From Candidatus Saelkia tenebricola (GTDB lineage: Bacteria; Omnitrophota; Gorgyraeia; Kaelpiales; Kaelpiaceae), in contig JAVCDA010000046.1 in NCBI GenBank assembly GCA_030765145.1, forward strand, positions 6,142-70,141: 64,000 nucleotides of DNA, written 5' to 3'. Made by a program: the position numbers and the translations under genes. Shown piece by piece: positions 9,746 through 19,615 of this stretch (its first letter is position 1; every line of letters starts with the position of its first letter). The notes below the pieces were generated by a model, which saw only the letters and a list, made by a program, of their open reading frames with translations, was not told the DNA's origin and did no database searches.

Positions 9746-10969
9746 ATGGCGCAGATAAAAGCTTTTAAAGGTCTATTGTATAATGGTAGTAAAGTAGAAA
9801 TAGATAAAGTTATTACCCCTCCATATGATGTTATAGGCGAAGAGATGAGAAGTTATTTTCATAATCTTTCTCCATATAATATTATAAAATTAATTCTGAA
9901 TGATTCTGATTCTCCTTATAAAGAAGCTCGTAAGGTTCTCAATTCCTGGATAGAAAAAGAGGTTCTTGTTGCTGATACAGATGATGCCATTTATCTTTAT
10001 CGGCAGGTATTTAATTACCGGGGTAAGTCTTATAACAGGTATGGATTTATTTCGCTTTTAAAGTTAGAGGATCCGGGAAGTGAAATCTTGCCTCATGAAA
10101 AAACTTATGAAGGACCCAAAAAAGACAGATTCAATTTATTAATAGAAACCGAAGCTAACCTGTCTCCTATTTTTGTTGCTTTTTCAGACAAAGAGAAGAG
10201 ATTGTTGGATATATTTAAAAAAACAGAGCAAACTGAGGCTGTTTTTGATTTTGATTTTGAAAATGTAATACATTCATTCTGGAAAATTATAGACACAGAT
10301 ATTATTGATCAGTTTAAAGAAGTTTTATCCGACAAATATATTCTTATAGCAGATGGCCATCACAGGTATGAAGTGGCTTTAAACTATCGAAATCTTAGAA
10401 GAAAGGAAAATTCGGTTTCAAAGGAGGCGCCGTATGATTATGTTATGAGTTTCTTTGCACCGATAGAGCAAGAAGGACTTCTTATTTTACCAACACACAG
10501 ACTGGTAAATTTAGAGGTAGAAATTTCTGTTATGTTGAATAAGCTTTCAGGATATTTTGAAGTCATTGTATGCGATAATAAGGAACAATTATTCAATGGT
10601 TTATGTCATCAAAAATATCCCAGTTTTGGTCTTTATGTGGAAAATAAATTCTATCTTTTAAAAATTAAGAAATCTGCAAATAATGACTTTGTAGATAAAA
10701 GTGATCCTTTATCGAAATTGGATGTTGTTGTTTTTCAGAATTTGATACTGAATAATATATTTAATTATCAAAGTGTTGTGAGTTATACTCAAAATGAGGA
10801 TGAGGCTATAGAGCGGGTTAATAGCGGTGAGTTTAATGCAGCGTTTTTACTTAGAGCCACTTCTATGGAACAAGTTGTTGATGTAGCCGAGAAGAAATTA
10901 TTGATGCCTCAGAAATCAACATACTTTTATCCGAAGGTTTTAACCGGACTTCTTATTCATAAATTTTGA
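9746..10969 (+). CDS. DUF1015 family protein
   Basis: 'PPYDVI', 'ILPHEKT', 'IADGHHRYE', 'MPQKSTYFYPK'. Confidence 0.88.
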   Translation: MAQIKAFKGLLYNGSKVEIDKVITPPYDVIGEEMRSYFHNLSPYNIIKLILNDSDSPYKEARKVLNSWIEKEVLVADTDDAIYLYRQVFNYRGKSYNRYGFISLLKLEDPGSEILPHEKTYEGPKKDRFNLLIETEANLSPIFVAFSDKEKRLLDIFKKTEQTEAVFDFDFENVIHSFWKIIDTDIIDQFKEVLSDKYILIADGHHRYEVALNYRNLRRKENSVSKEAPYDYVMSFFAPIEQEGLLILPTHRLVNLEVEISVMLNKLSGYFEVIVCDNKEQLFNGLCHQKYPSFGLYVENKFYLLKIKKSANNDFVDKSDPLSKLDVVVFQNLILNNIFNYQSVVSYTQNEDEAIERVNSGEFNAAFLLRATSMEQVVDVAEKKLLMPQKSTYFYPKVLTGLLIHKF

Positions 10970-10970
10970 A

Positions 10971-10999
10971 TTGATATAAACCTGTCTTTGGCATATAAT
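10971..10999 (+). promoter_or_regulatory. sigma70-type promoter for accD
   Basis: TTGATA-17 bp-TATAAT. Confidence 0.7.
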
Positions 11000-11057
11000 G
11001 AACAACCAATAATCAGTGATTTTTAATCTATAATTGATAACTTATTAATTTGCTATT

Positions 11058-11900
11058 ATGTCATTTTGGGGGAAGCCTAAATATACTCTGGTAAGAATTG
11101 CTCGTAAAAGGGATATGCCTTCAGGACTTTGGAGCAAATGTCCTTCCTGCGGAGAGATTGTATTTAGAAAAAAAATCGAAGAAAACTTAAAAGTATGTTC
11201 TAAATGCGAGTACCATTTTACTTTAAGGGCTGCAGAAAGAATACGTTTGACTGTAGATAAAGGTTCTTTTCAAGAAATGGATAAGCATATTCTTTCGCTT
11301 GATCATTTAAATTTTCAAGGGCCTAAGTCTTATAAGGAAAAGTTAAAAGAAGAGCGGGAAAAGACTAAGATGAATGATGCAGTTATTACCGGTAAAGCGA
11401 AAATAAACAGTCTGGATCTTATTATTGGTGTTACAGATTCTCAGTTTATGATGGGTTCTATGGGGTGTGTTTTAGGGGAGAAAATTACGCGTGCAGCAGA
11501 GAGGGCTGTTGAAGAAAGATTACCATTAGTTGTCATATCCGGTTCCGGAGGTGGTGCCAGGATGCAAGAAGGAATGTTTTCTCTGATGCAGATGGCTAAA
11601 ACTTCCGGTGCTTTAGGGAGACTTAAAGTAGAAAATTTGCCCTATATTTCTGTTCTTACAGATCCTACTATGGCGGGGGTTTTAGCAAGTTTTGCATCAT
11701 TAGGAGATGTTTTGATCGCAGAACCCCGAGCATTAATTGGTTTTACAGGGCCTCGTGTGATTGAGCAGACAATCAGGCAGAAATTACCTAAAGGGTTTCA
11801 AACGTCAGAATTTCTTCTTGAGCATGGTCTTATTGATATGATTGTACATAGACAAGATTTGAAAGATACCTTAAGTTCTTTAATCGGGTATTTTACTTAA
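11058..11900 (+). CDS. accD: acetyl-CoA carboxylase carboxyltransferase beta subunit
   Basis: Zn ribbon CPSC...CSKC, 'FMMGSMG', 'GGARMQEG', 'GFTGPRVIEQTI'. Confidence 0.96.
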   Translation: MSFWGKPKYTLVRIARKRDMPSGLWSKCPSCGEIVFRKKIEENLKVCSKCEYHFTLRAAERIRLTVDKGSFQEMDKHILSLDHLNFQGPKSYKEKLKEEREKTKMNDAVITGKAKINSLDLIIGVTDSQFMMGSMGCVLGEKITRAAERAVEERLPLVVISGSGGGARMQEGMFSLMQMAKTSGALGRLKVENLPYISVLTDPTMAGVLASFASLGDVLIAEPRALIGFTGPRVIEQTIRQKLPKGFQTSEFLLEHGLIDMIVHRQDLKDTLSSLIGYFT

Positions 11901-12469
11901 GGGTTTCCTAACTTCCATTTTTCCAGGATTTCGTAAGTTGGTCCTTTTGGTGTAAGAGTACTTTTAAATAATGTAATTTCACCAATTAATATTTCATCAA
12001 ATTGAAAATATTCAAGTTCTGTTAATGATTTTGTTAAAATATGACCATTCTCCTTAGATTTAACGCGTGCAATGGTTAAATGAGGGTGAAATTCTCTGGA
12101 GTCTGTTTGAATATGGATTATGTTTAAGATATTTTTTACTCTCTCTTGGGTATCTTTTAATTTTGTTGCGCCTTCTTTTATTCCTATCCAGATTATATGG
12201 GGATTTTTTATGTTTGGGAAAGCCCCGATTCCTTGAGGTCTGATTTTAAAGCTTTCTATATTTTTCATTATAACCGGGATTTTTTTGTTTAAAGAGTCTA
12301 TTTTACTAATATCTAAATTGCCTAAAAAATGCAGAGTTAAGTGTATATTTTTAGGTTCTACCAGTTTTAAATAAACGTTTAAGTTTTTAAAATTATTTTG
12401 AATTTCGGATATGCGAAACTGGGTTTGTTTATTTAACTCTATCGCTATGAAAGTTCTTAAAGTTTGCAC
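11897..12469 (-). CDS. thpR: RNA 2',3'-cyclic phosphodiesterase (2H family)
   Basis: 'RTFIAI', two HxT motifs (HLTL, HLTI), 'STLTPKGPTY'. Confidence 0.92.
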   Translation of the reverse strand: MQTLRTFIAIELNKQTQFRISEIQNNFKNLNVYLKLVEPKNIHLTLHFLGNLDISKIDSLNKKIPVIMKNIESFKIRPQGIGAFPNIKNPHIIWIGIKEGATKLKDTQERVKNILNIIHIQTDSREFHPHLTIARVKSKENGHILTKSLTELEYFQFDEILIGEITLFKSTLTPKGPTYEILEKWKLGNP

Positions 12470-12948
12470 AATTGTTCCAATAATAATTTTAATGCGGAAG
12501 AAGCAGCAATATGTTTTATCTCTTCGCGATTTCCTTTAAAATTGTATTTTTTAACAATTGTTTTTTCAACAGTGGCTATACCTATATATACTTCTCCGAT
12601 AGGTTTGCCTTCTGATTTCAAAGGTCCTGCAACCCCGGTTATACTTATAGCTATATCTGAATCTGCTATAAATCTTGTGTTGATAGCCATTGCTTTTGCA
12701 CATTCTTTGCTTATTGCACCATGCTTTTTAAGAAGTTTTTTGTCTATTTTAAGAAATTTTTCTTTTGCATGATAACTGTAGGGAATAAATCCTGTTTTAA
12801 AGAATTCAGAACTGCCAGGTGTATTTGTTAATATATGGGAAAGCAATCCCCCTGTGCATGACTCTGCAACAGAGAGAGTCAGTTTCTTAGCACGAAGCTT
12901 TTCTGCAATTAGATATCCCTGGTTTTCTTGGGTGTTTCCCTCTGACAT
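12457..12948 (-). CDS. CinA C-terminal domain / NMN amidohydrolase (PncC-like)
   Basis: 'SVAESCTGG', 'HGAIS.ECAKAMA', 'SITGVAGP'. Confidence 0.9.
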   Translation of the reverse strand: MSEGNTQENQGYLIAEKLRAKKLTLSVAESCTGGLLSHILTNTPGSSEFFKTGFIPYSYHAKEKFLKIDKKLLKKHGAISKECAKAMAINTRFIADSDIAISITGVAGPLKSEGKPIGEVYIGIATVEKTIVKKYNFKGNREEIKHIAASSALKLLLEQLCKL

Positions 12949-13016
12949 AGTTTTATATTTTACAGGTTGTTTTCGTTATTGAAAATAGATTTCTTTTAGT
13001 TTAGAATAGGCAGATT

Positions 13017-13502
13017 ATGAAGATAAAGGGAAAAGTTTGGAAATTTGGTGATGATGTTGATACGGATTTAATAATACCTGCTAAGTATCTTGTTACAACC
13101 GATGCAAAAGAATTAGGCAGTCATTGTTTGGAAAACATAAAACAGGGGTTCCCTGAAAGAGTTAATAAGGGGGACATTATTGTTGCCGGAAAAAATTTCG
13201 GTTCCGGATCATCACGGGAACATGCTCCCTTAGCAATTAAAGGAGCTGGTGTATCGGCTGTTTTAGCCGAGTCATTTGCTAGAATATTTTCTCGTAATGC
13301 AATAAACATAGGATTGCCTATTATAGAAATAGAAGAGATGAATAAATTTAAAGATTACGATTTAATTGAAATAGATTTTATAAACGGTAGGGTAAGAAAT
13401 TTAAGTCAGGATAAAGAATATAAATTTCAAAAGTACCCCGAATTTTTACAGAATATCATAAGAGCAGGAGGTTTAATGAAATGGGCACAGAGAATGGTGT
13501 GA
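13017..13502 (+). CDS. leuD: 3-isopropylmalate dehydratase small subunit
   Basis: '[12 protein letters not shown]', '[11 protein letters not shown]', '[14 protein letters not shown]'. Confidence 0.92.
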   Translation: MKIKGKVWKFGDDVDTDLIIPAKYLVTTDAKELGSHCLENIKQGFPERVNKGDIIVAGKNFGSGSSREHAPLAIKGAGVSAVLAESFARIFSRNAINIGLPIIEIEEMNKFKDYDLIEIDFINGRVRNLSQDKEYKFQKYPEFLQNIIRAGGLMKWAQRMV

Positions 13503-14572
13503 GGTCATATAATATTGCAGTAATATCTGGTGATGGCACTGGTCCTGAAGTTATTCAGGAAGGGATAAAAGTGCTTAATGAGGCAGGTTTGAGATTTAAC
13601 TTTAAATTGAATTTTAAAGAATATGATTTTGGGGGAGAAAGATATTTAAAGACTCATGAAATATTGCTTGATTCTGATTTAGAAGAACTGAAAAAATATG
13701 ACACAATATATTTAGGGGCGATTGGGCATCCGGATGTTGCGCCTGGGGTACTTGAGAAGGGAATTTTGTTAAAGACAAGATTTGCATTAGATCAATATAT
13801 TAATCTAAGACCGGTTAAATTATATCCCGGTGTTGAGACTCCTCTAAAAGATAAGGGGCCTGATGATATCGATTTTGTAGTAGTAAGAGAAAATACAGAA
13901 GGCTTATATACAGGATGTGGCGGTTTTCTTAAGAAAGGTACTTCTGGTGAAGTTGCAATACAGGAATCTGTTAACACAAGATTCGGTGTTGAAAGATGTA
14001 TTAGATTTGCGTTTGAATACACAAAAAAGAGAAATAAAGCTAAAAAGCTTACCCTTTGCGGAAAAACTAATGTTTTAACCTATGCTTTCAATTTATGGGA
14101 GAGGGCATTTAATGAAGTGGCAAAAGAATATCCTGACATTACTACAGATTATGCGCATGTTGATGCTACTTGTATGTGGATGGTTAAGAATCCGGAATGG
14201 TTTGATGTCATTGTAACCGACAATATGTTTGGAGATATTATAACCGATTTAGGCGCTATGATACAGGGTGGTATGGGTATTGCTGCCGGAGGTAATATTA
14301 ATCCAGAGGGTGTTTCTATGTTTGAGCCTATTGGAGGTTCTGCTCCTAAATATACCGGTAAAAATATAATTAATCCTTTGGCTGCAATTTCAGCAGGAGC
14401 AATGATGCTCGAATATTTAGGGGAAGAAAAAGCAGCTTTAAAAATAGAGCAAGCTGTTATGTATGTTACAGCTAATAAGTTGAAAAGTTTATCGGCCGGT
14501 AAAATGGGCTATTCTACATCTGAAGTAGGTCAGATGGTGGCAGAATTTGTTGCTAAAGATAAAATTTGTTAG
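13499..14572 (+). CDS. leuB: 3-isopropylmalate dehydrogenase
   Basis: 'GDGTGPEV', 'VRENTEG', 'NMFGDIITD', 'FEPIGGSAP'; GTG start overlapping leuD stop. Confidence 0.9.
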   Translation: MRSYNIAVISGDGTGPEVIQEGIKVLNEAGLRFNFKLNFKEYDFGGERYLKTHEILLDSDLEELKKYDTIYLGAIGHPDVAPGVLEKGILLKTRFALDQYINLRPVKLYPGVETPLKDKGPDDIDFVVVRENTEGLYTGCGGFLKKGTSGEVAIQESVNTRFGVERCIRFAFEYTKKRNKAKKLTLCGKTNVLTYAFNLWERAFNEVAKEYPDITTDYAHVDATCMWMVKNPEWFDVIVTDNMFGDIITDLGAMIQGGMGIAAGGNINPEGVSMFEPIGGSAPKYTGKNIINPLAAISAGAMMLEYLGEEKAALKIEQAVMYVTANKLKSLSAGKMGYSTSEVGQMVAEFVAKDKIC

Positions 14573-14582
14573 GGGGAAAAGA

Positions 14583-15605
14583 ATGAAAGAATATAACGTT
14601 GCAGTTGCTGGGGCAACCGGTGTTGTGGGCCGAGAAATGATTAATGTTTTAGAAGAAAGTGGGTTTCCTGTTAAAAAATTGCTTCCTTTAGCTTCAGAGC
14701 GTTCTTTAGGTAAAGAGGTTAATTTTAAGGGAAACAAAATCAAGGTGGAACTTTTAGGTGAAGATTCATTTAAGGATATAGATATAGCGTTATTTTCTGC
14801 AGGAGCTTCTATTAGCAAAAAAATTGCTCCTTTTGCAGTTCAGTCCGGGGGTGTTGTGATAGATAATTCCTCGGCTTTTCGAATGGATAAAGAAGTTCCT
14901 TTAGTTGTGCCGGAGGTAAATCCCCAAGATGCATTTAAACATAATGGTATTATAGCTAATCCCAATTGTTCGACAATTCAAATGGTTGTTGTTTTGAAAC
15001 CGATACATGATATGTTCGGGATAAAAAGGGTTATAGTCAGTACTTATCAGTCTGTATCTGGATGGGGGAAAGAAGCGGTGGATCAATTATGGAGTGAACT
15101 TGATGAAATAGTAAAAAATAGGCAGCCATTATTAAAAGAAAGAGTGGAAAAAGTACTTCCCCATCAAATAGCATTTAACCTGTTTCCTCACATAGATATA
15201 TTCACAGACGATGGCTATACAAAAGAAGAACTTAAGATGGCTAATGAAACTAATAAAATTATGCATGCAGATTTAGGTGTTAGTGCAACTTGTGTGCGAG
15301 TGCCGGTTTTAATTTCTCATAGTGAGGCAATTAATATAGAATTAAATAAAAGTGCGACTCCTGAGCAAATAAAAGAAGTACTTTCTAATGCCTCGGGTGT
15401 TAAGGTTATGGACGATGTAGCTGAAAATATATATCCAATGCCGTTATATGCTGCCGGTTATAATCCATCATATGTTGGAAGAATCAGAAAAGATTCAACT
15501 ATTGATAATGGAATCTGGCTTTGGGTGGTTTCAGACAATTTAAAGAAAGGCGCAGCTTTAAATGCAGTTCAGATTGCAGAATTACTGATAAAAGAAAAAC
15601 AGTAA
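14583..15605 (+). CDS. asd: aspartate-semialdehyde dehydrogenase
   Basis: GATGVVG, 'DNSSAFRM', 'NPNCSTIQ', 'DNLKKGAALNAVQIAE'. Confidence 0.97.
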   Translation: MKEYNVAVAGATGVVGREMINVLEESGFPVKKLLPLASERSLGKEVNFKGNKIKVELLGEDSFKDIDIALFSAGASISKKIAPFAVQSGGVVIDNSSAFRMDKEVPLVVPEVNPQDAFKHNGIIANPNCSTIQMVVVLKPIHDMFGIKRVIVSTYQSVSGWGKEAVDQLWSELDEIVKNRQPLLKERVEKVLPHQIAFNLFPHIDIFTDDGYTKEELKMANETNKIMHADLGVSATCVRVPVLISHSEAINIELNKSATPEQIKEVLSNASGVKVMDDVAENIYPMPLYAAGYNPSYVGRIRKDSTIDNGIWLWVVSDNLKKGAALNAVQIAELLIKEKQ

Positions 15606-15628
15606 TTTCTGAGTAGTCAATATCTGTT

Positions 15629-17140
15629 ATGAAAGAAGATTTTATGCAGCCTCACCGTCCTCAATGGAAGTCAAGAGTTGGTTTCTTACTTGCAGCGTTA
15701 GGTTCTGCAGTTGGTCTAGGTAATATCTGGCGGTTTTCATACCTTTGTTATAAAAATGGTGGTGGAGCTTTTTTAATTCCTTATTTCTGTGCTTTAATTT
15801 GTGTGGGGATACCTTTGATGATTCTTGAAATTGGACTAGGGCATAAAATGAGAGGTTCGGCACCTATGAGTTTGGCAAAGGTAAACCCCAAGTGGGAATG
15901 GCTTGGCTGGTGGTCTGTTATGTTTGTCATGTTTGGAATAGTTCTTTATTATTCTGTTATTATATCTTGGTGTCTTAATTATTTGGTTTATTCTCTGGAT
16001 TTAAAGTGGGGTTCAGACCCTAATGCGTTTTTCTTTAAGGATTTTTTATCTTTAACACGCGGGCCTTCTGAAATAGGTAATATACGTTCTAATATTTTAG
16101 GAGCACTTGCGATAGTATGGTTTATTAACTGGTTGATAGTATTTTTAGGAATTGAGAAAGGAATAGAACGAGCGAACAAAATTTTTATGCCTTTACTTTT
16201 TGTCCTGACAGCAATACTTGTTTTTTGGAGTGTAAAATTACCTGGAGCACGGGAAGGTATAAGAGTTTACTTAAAACCGGATTTTACGATTCTTTCTAAG
16301 CCTGGTGTCTGGATAGATGCTTTCTCTCAGATTTTCTTTACCTTAAGCTTAGGGTTCGGAATCATGATTGCTTATGCATCTTATCTTCCCAGAAAATCAG
16401 ATATAGTGTTAAATGTGTATTGTATTGCGGTGTTGAATTGTATGTTTTCTTTTTTTGCAGGTTTTGCAGTTTTTTCAACCATTGGATATATGGCGTATCA
16501 AACCAATATGAATTTTAAAGATGTAATTCAAGAGTCCATTGGTTTGGCTTTCATAGCATATCCTAAAGCGATAAGCTTGCTTCCTTTTTTGCCTCAGGTT
16601 TTTGGTTTCCTTTTTTTCAGCACTCTTTTTATCGCCGGAATTTCATCTTCGATTTCAATTATTGAAGCATTTAACTCTGCTGTGGTAGATAAGTTTCATT
16701 TGAACAGAAAAACAGTTACAAGTGTATTATGCCTTTTGGGATTTTTAGGCTCGATAATATTTGCTACCGGAGGGGGATTATTCTGGATTGATATCGTAGA
16801 TCATTTTCTTTCTCATTACGGATTGGTAATAGTCGGGATATTGGAATGTGTTCTTATTGCTTGGGTATATAGGGCTGAAAAATTAAGGCACCATATAGAT
16901 CGTGTTTCGGATTTGAAAGTAGGAGTTTGGTGGAATGGAGTTATTAAATATTTGGTGCCGGGGATACTTTTAGTTATGTTGGTGAATGATGTTGTCTATG
17001 AAATCTTTAACCCTTATGGTGATTACCCTACGGTTGCGATTATATTAATAGGTAGAGATTGGCTGCTATATTCACTTGTTGCTGCTTTTATTATCGCAAT
17101 GCGTCCCTGGAGAAAAGATATACATTTTAATGGTGAATAA
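15629..17140 (+). CDS. sodium-dependent transporter, NSS/SNF family
   Basis: TM1 'GSAVGLGNIWRF', 'QIFFTLSLGFG'; about 12 hydrophobic segments. Confidence 0.93.
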   Translation: MKEDFMQPHRPQWKSRVGFLLAALGSAVGLGNIWRFSYLCYKNGGGAFLIPYFCALICVGIPLMILEIGLGHKMRGSAPMSLAKVNPKWEWLGWWSVMFVMFGIVLYYSVIISWCLNYLVYSLDLKWGSDPNAFFFKDFLSLTRGPSEIGNIRSNILGALAIVWFINWLIVFLGIEKGIERANKIFMPLLFVLTAILVFWSVKLPGAREGIRVYLKPDFTILSKPGVWIDAFSQIFFTLSLGFGIMIAYASYLPRKSDIVLNVYCIAVLNCMFSFFAGFAVFSTIGYMAYQTNMNFKDVIQESIGLAFIAYPKAISLLPFLPQVFGFLFFSTLFIAGISSSISIIEAFNSAVVDKFHLNRKTVTSVLCLLGFLGSIIFATGGGLFWIDIVDHFLSHYGLVIVGILECVLIAWVYRAEKLRHHIDRVSDLKVGVWWNGVIKYLVPGILLVMLVNDVVYEIFNPYGDYPTVAIILIGRDWLLYSLVAAFIIAMRPWRKDIHFNGE

Positions 17141-17145
17141 TCAAT

Positions 17146-17877
17146 ATGAGGAATCTTAAACTTATTCTTGAGTATGATGGTACAAATTTTATTGGTTGGC
17201 AAAGACAAAAGAAAGGCTCTAGTATTCAGGGTGAAATCGAGAGGGTTTTAGAAAAAATATTACATCAGGAAGTAAGATTGATTTCCTCTGGTAGAACAGA
17301 TGCAGGAGTGCATGCTAAATTTCAGGTGGCTAATTTTAAAGCCCGGAGTTTAATCTCTGCGCAAGATATCAGAAGAGCATTAAATTCATTATTGCCTAAA
17401 GATATCAGAATAAAAAAAGCAGAAGATGTAGAAGAAGATTTTCACGCTCGTTTCTGTGTTCAAAGTAAGATTTATAAGTATCATATCTATTTAGGAGAGC
17501 ATGTGTCTCCGTTTATATCCAAGTATGTATGGCATGTGCCTTTTGAGCTAAATTATTCCGTTATATTAAAGGAAATGAATTGTCTTTTAGGCTGGCATGA
17601 TTTTGCTAAATTTCAAGCTGTGGGGAGCAGGATAAAGAATACATCCAGGTGTATTAGTAATGTGGGTTTTAAAAAAAGTGGTTATTTTTATGAATTTACA
17701 ATAGAGGCTAATGGTTTTTTGTATAAAATGGTTAGGTTAATTGTAGGTACGTTGATTGAGGTGGGAAGGGGTAAATTTGATAGTGGCAGAATTGCTTCAT
17801 TGCTTAGGGGGGACGATGTTAAAAGAGGTTCTGTAGCTCCTCCTCAAGGTTTATTTTTATGGAAAGTAATTTATTGA
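17146..17877 (+). CDS. truA: tRNA pseudouridine(38-40) synthase
   Basis: 'YDGTNFIGWQ', 'GRTDAGVHA', 'FLYKMVR'. Confidence 0.96.
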   Translation: MRNLKLILEYDGTNFIGWQRQKKGSSIQGEIERVLEKILHQEVRLISSGRTDAGVHAKFQVANFKARSLISAQDIRRALNSLLPKDIRIKKAEDVEEDFHARFCVQSKIYKYHIYLGEHVSPFISKYVWHVPFELNYSVILKEMNCLLGWHDFAKFQAVGSRIKNTSRCISNVGFKKSGYFYEFTIEANGFLYKMVRLIVGTLIEVGRGKFDSGRIASLLRGDDVKRGSVAPPQGLFLWKVIY

Positions 17878-18665
17878 AAAAAACGGCTGCATTTTATCTT
17901 CAGGTTTTCCTTATAAAAATGGGGTGGAAGCGCTTCTGGGAAGGCATATATTATAGCAAAATGTTGGAATATCAGCTTGTTCTTAAGGAGTTTGATTTTG
18001 CTAAAAATTGTAAAGTTCTTGATGTTGGCCCGGGGAAGAGTTTTCTACCCTTTTATTGGATTTTTAGAGGTCAAGAAGTATGGCTGGTGGATAATGGGCA
18101 ATTCTATCCTGATTTTGATAAATATTATCATAAAGTTATGAAGCAGAAATTTTCATCCTTGAAAGAAAAAATAAGTATAATTTGGGGTAATTTTTTAGAA
18201 ATTGATTTTCCAACAAATTATTTTGATATTATTTGTGCTATCTCAACACTGGAACATTTCCAGTCTTCAGATGATATAAAAGCAGTAATGAGGTTAGCTT
18301 CTCTTCTAAAAAAAGGGGGCAAATGCATTATTAGTCTTCCTTTTTCTCAAAGCGGAACTAAAGAGTCGATTCTGACAGCAGATGAAGGAGGATATTCCTA
18401 TTTTCAAAGAGATTATGATTTAAGTTGCGTTTATGCCAGAATTATAGAACGTGCGGGTTTAAAGTTAAAATATTTTACTATAATCGGCGAAAGATTACCT
18501 TGTTTAGGAAAGATTTTCTTTTTTCAAAAACCTTTGTCTAATTTTAAGCCTTTTTGGACAATTTTTTTGACAAGTCTATTTTGGAAAGTTTATTATAAAG
18601 GAAAGACAAAAGAAGTAAAACAGTTTAAATATCCTGGTGTAATAATATTAGTTCTTGAAAAGTAA
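17859..18665 (+). CDS. class I SAM-dependent methyltransferase
   Basis: Motif I 'VLDVGPG', 'FDIICAISTLEHF', 'LKKGG'; start uncertain. Confidence 0.8.
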   Translation: MESNLLKKTAAFYLQVFLIKMGWKRFWEGIYYSKMLEYQLVLKEFDFAKNCKVLDVGPGKSFLPFYWIFRGQEVWLVDNGQFYPDFDKYYHKVMKQKFSSLKEKISIIWGNFLEIDFPTNYFDIICAISTLEHFQSSDDIKAVMRLASLLKKGGKCIISLPFSQSGTKESILTADEGGYSYFQRDYDLSCVYARIIERAGLKLKYFTIIGERLPCLGKIFFFQKPLSNFKPFWTIFLTSLFWKVYYKGKTKEVKQFKYPGVIILVLEK

Positions 18666-19612
18666 TGAAGATAGAAAAGATATCAATAGTTATACCGGCT
18701 TTTAATGAAGAAGAAAGCCTTGTTCCTCTATTAATCGAAATAAATAATTTGTTTAAAAAGCTGCAATATCAATATGAGGTGATAGTTATAGATGATGGAA
18801 GTTGTGATTCTACCTGGGATGTTATCCTTGATTTTTCCCGTAATTCAAGCGGAAATATCAAAGGAGTACGTTTAATAAAAAACTATGGACAGACGGCTGC
18901 AATTCAAGTTGGTTTTAAGGAGTCTTGCGGTGATGTTATAATTGTGATGGATGCTGATGGGCAGAATGATCCTAATGATATTGGTTATCTCATAGCCGAA
19001 ATTGAGAAAGGTTATGATATTGTCAGTGGTTGGAGACATCAAAGAAAAGACTTTTTTTTAAGAGTAATAATGTCTTGGATGGGAAATTTTTTAGTCAAAA
19101 AAATTAGTGGGCTTGATTTGCATGATGTTGGATGCAGTCTTAAAGCATATAGAAAAGAATATATTAAAGATGTAAAGCTTTTAGGTGAAATGCATAGAAT
19201 ATTGCTGATATATTTGGCTGAAAGGGGAGCGCGTGTTAAGGAATTAAAAGTTAATCATAGGAAAAGAATAAATGGTAAATCTAAATATGGTATGGGTAGA
19301 GTGGTGAAGCTTGTTATGGATTTGATATTGTATAAGTTTTTTACCAAGTTTGCTTCTAAGCCAATCTATATGTTCGGAGGATTAGGGTTTTTTAGTATTC
19401 TTTTTTCTTTTTTGTTAGGGTTGTTTGTAATTTATAGAAAAATTGCATTTCATGGGGCTTGGATCAGCCCTTTGTTTTTTATCTCTGTAACATTTCTTAC
19501 AGTAGGTATTATTTTTATAATGTTAGGTATACTGGCTGAGCTGCTGGTCAGGATATACTATCAAACTCAATACGAGCTTCCTTATCAGGTGAAAGAGAAA
19601 GTAAATTCTTAA
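18665..19612 (+). CDS. GT2 polyprenol-phosphate glycosyltransferase (ArnC/GtrB-like)
   Basis: 'SIVIPAFNEE', 'DDGS', 'DADGQ', 'NYGQTAA', two C-terminal TM helices. Confidence 0.9.
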   Translation: MKIEKISIVIPAFNEEESLVPLLIEINNLFKKLQYQYEVIVIDDGSCDSTWDVILDFSRNSSGNIKGVRLIKNYGQTAAIQVGFKESCGDVIIVMDADGQNDPNDIGYLIAEIEKGYDIVSGWRHQRKDFFLRVIMSWMGNFLVKKISGLDLHDVGCSLKAYRKEYIKDVKLLGEMHRILLIYLAERGARVKELKVNHRKRINGKSKYGMGRVVKLVMDLILYKFFTKFASKPIYMFGGLGFFSILFSFLLGLFVIYRKIAFHGAWISPLFFISVTFLTVGIIFIMLGILAELLVRIYYQTQYELPYQVKEKVNS

Positions 19613-19615
19613 ATA

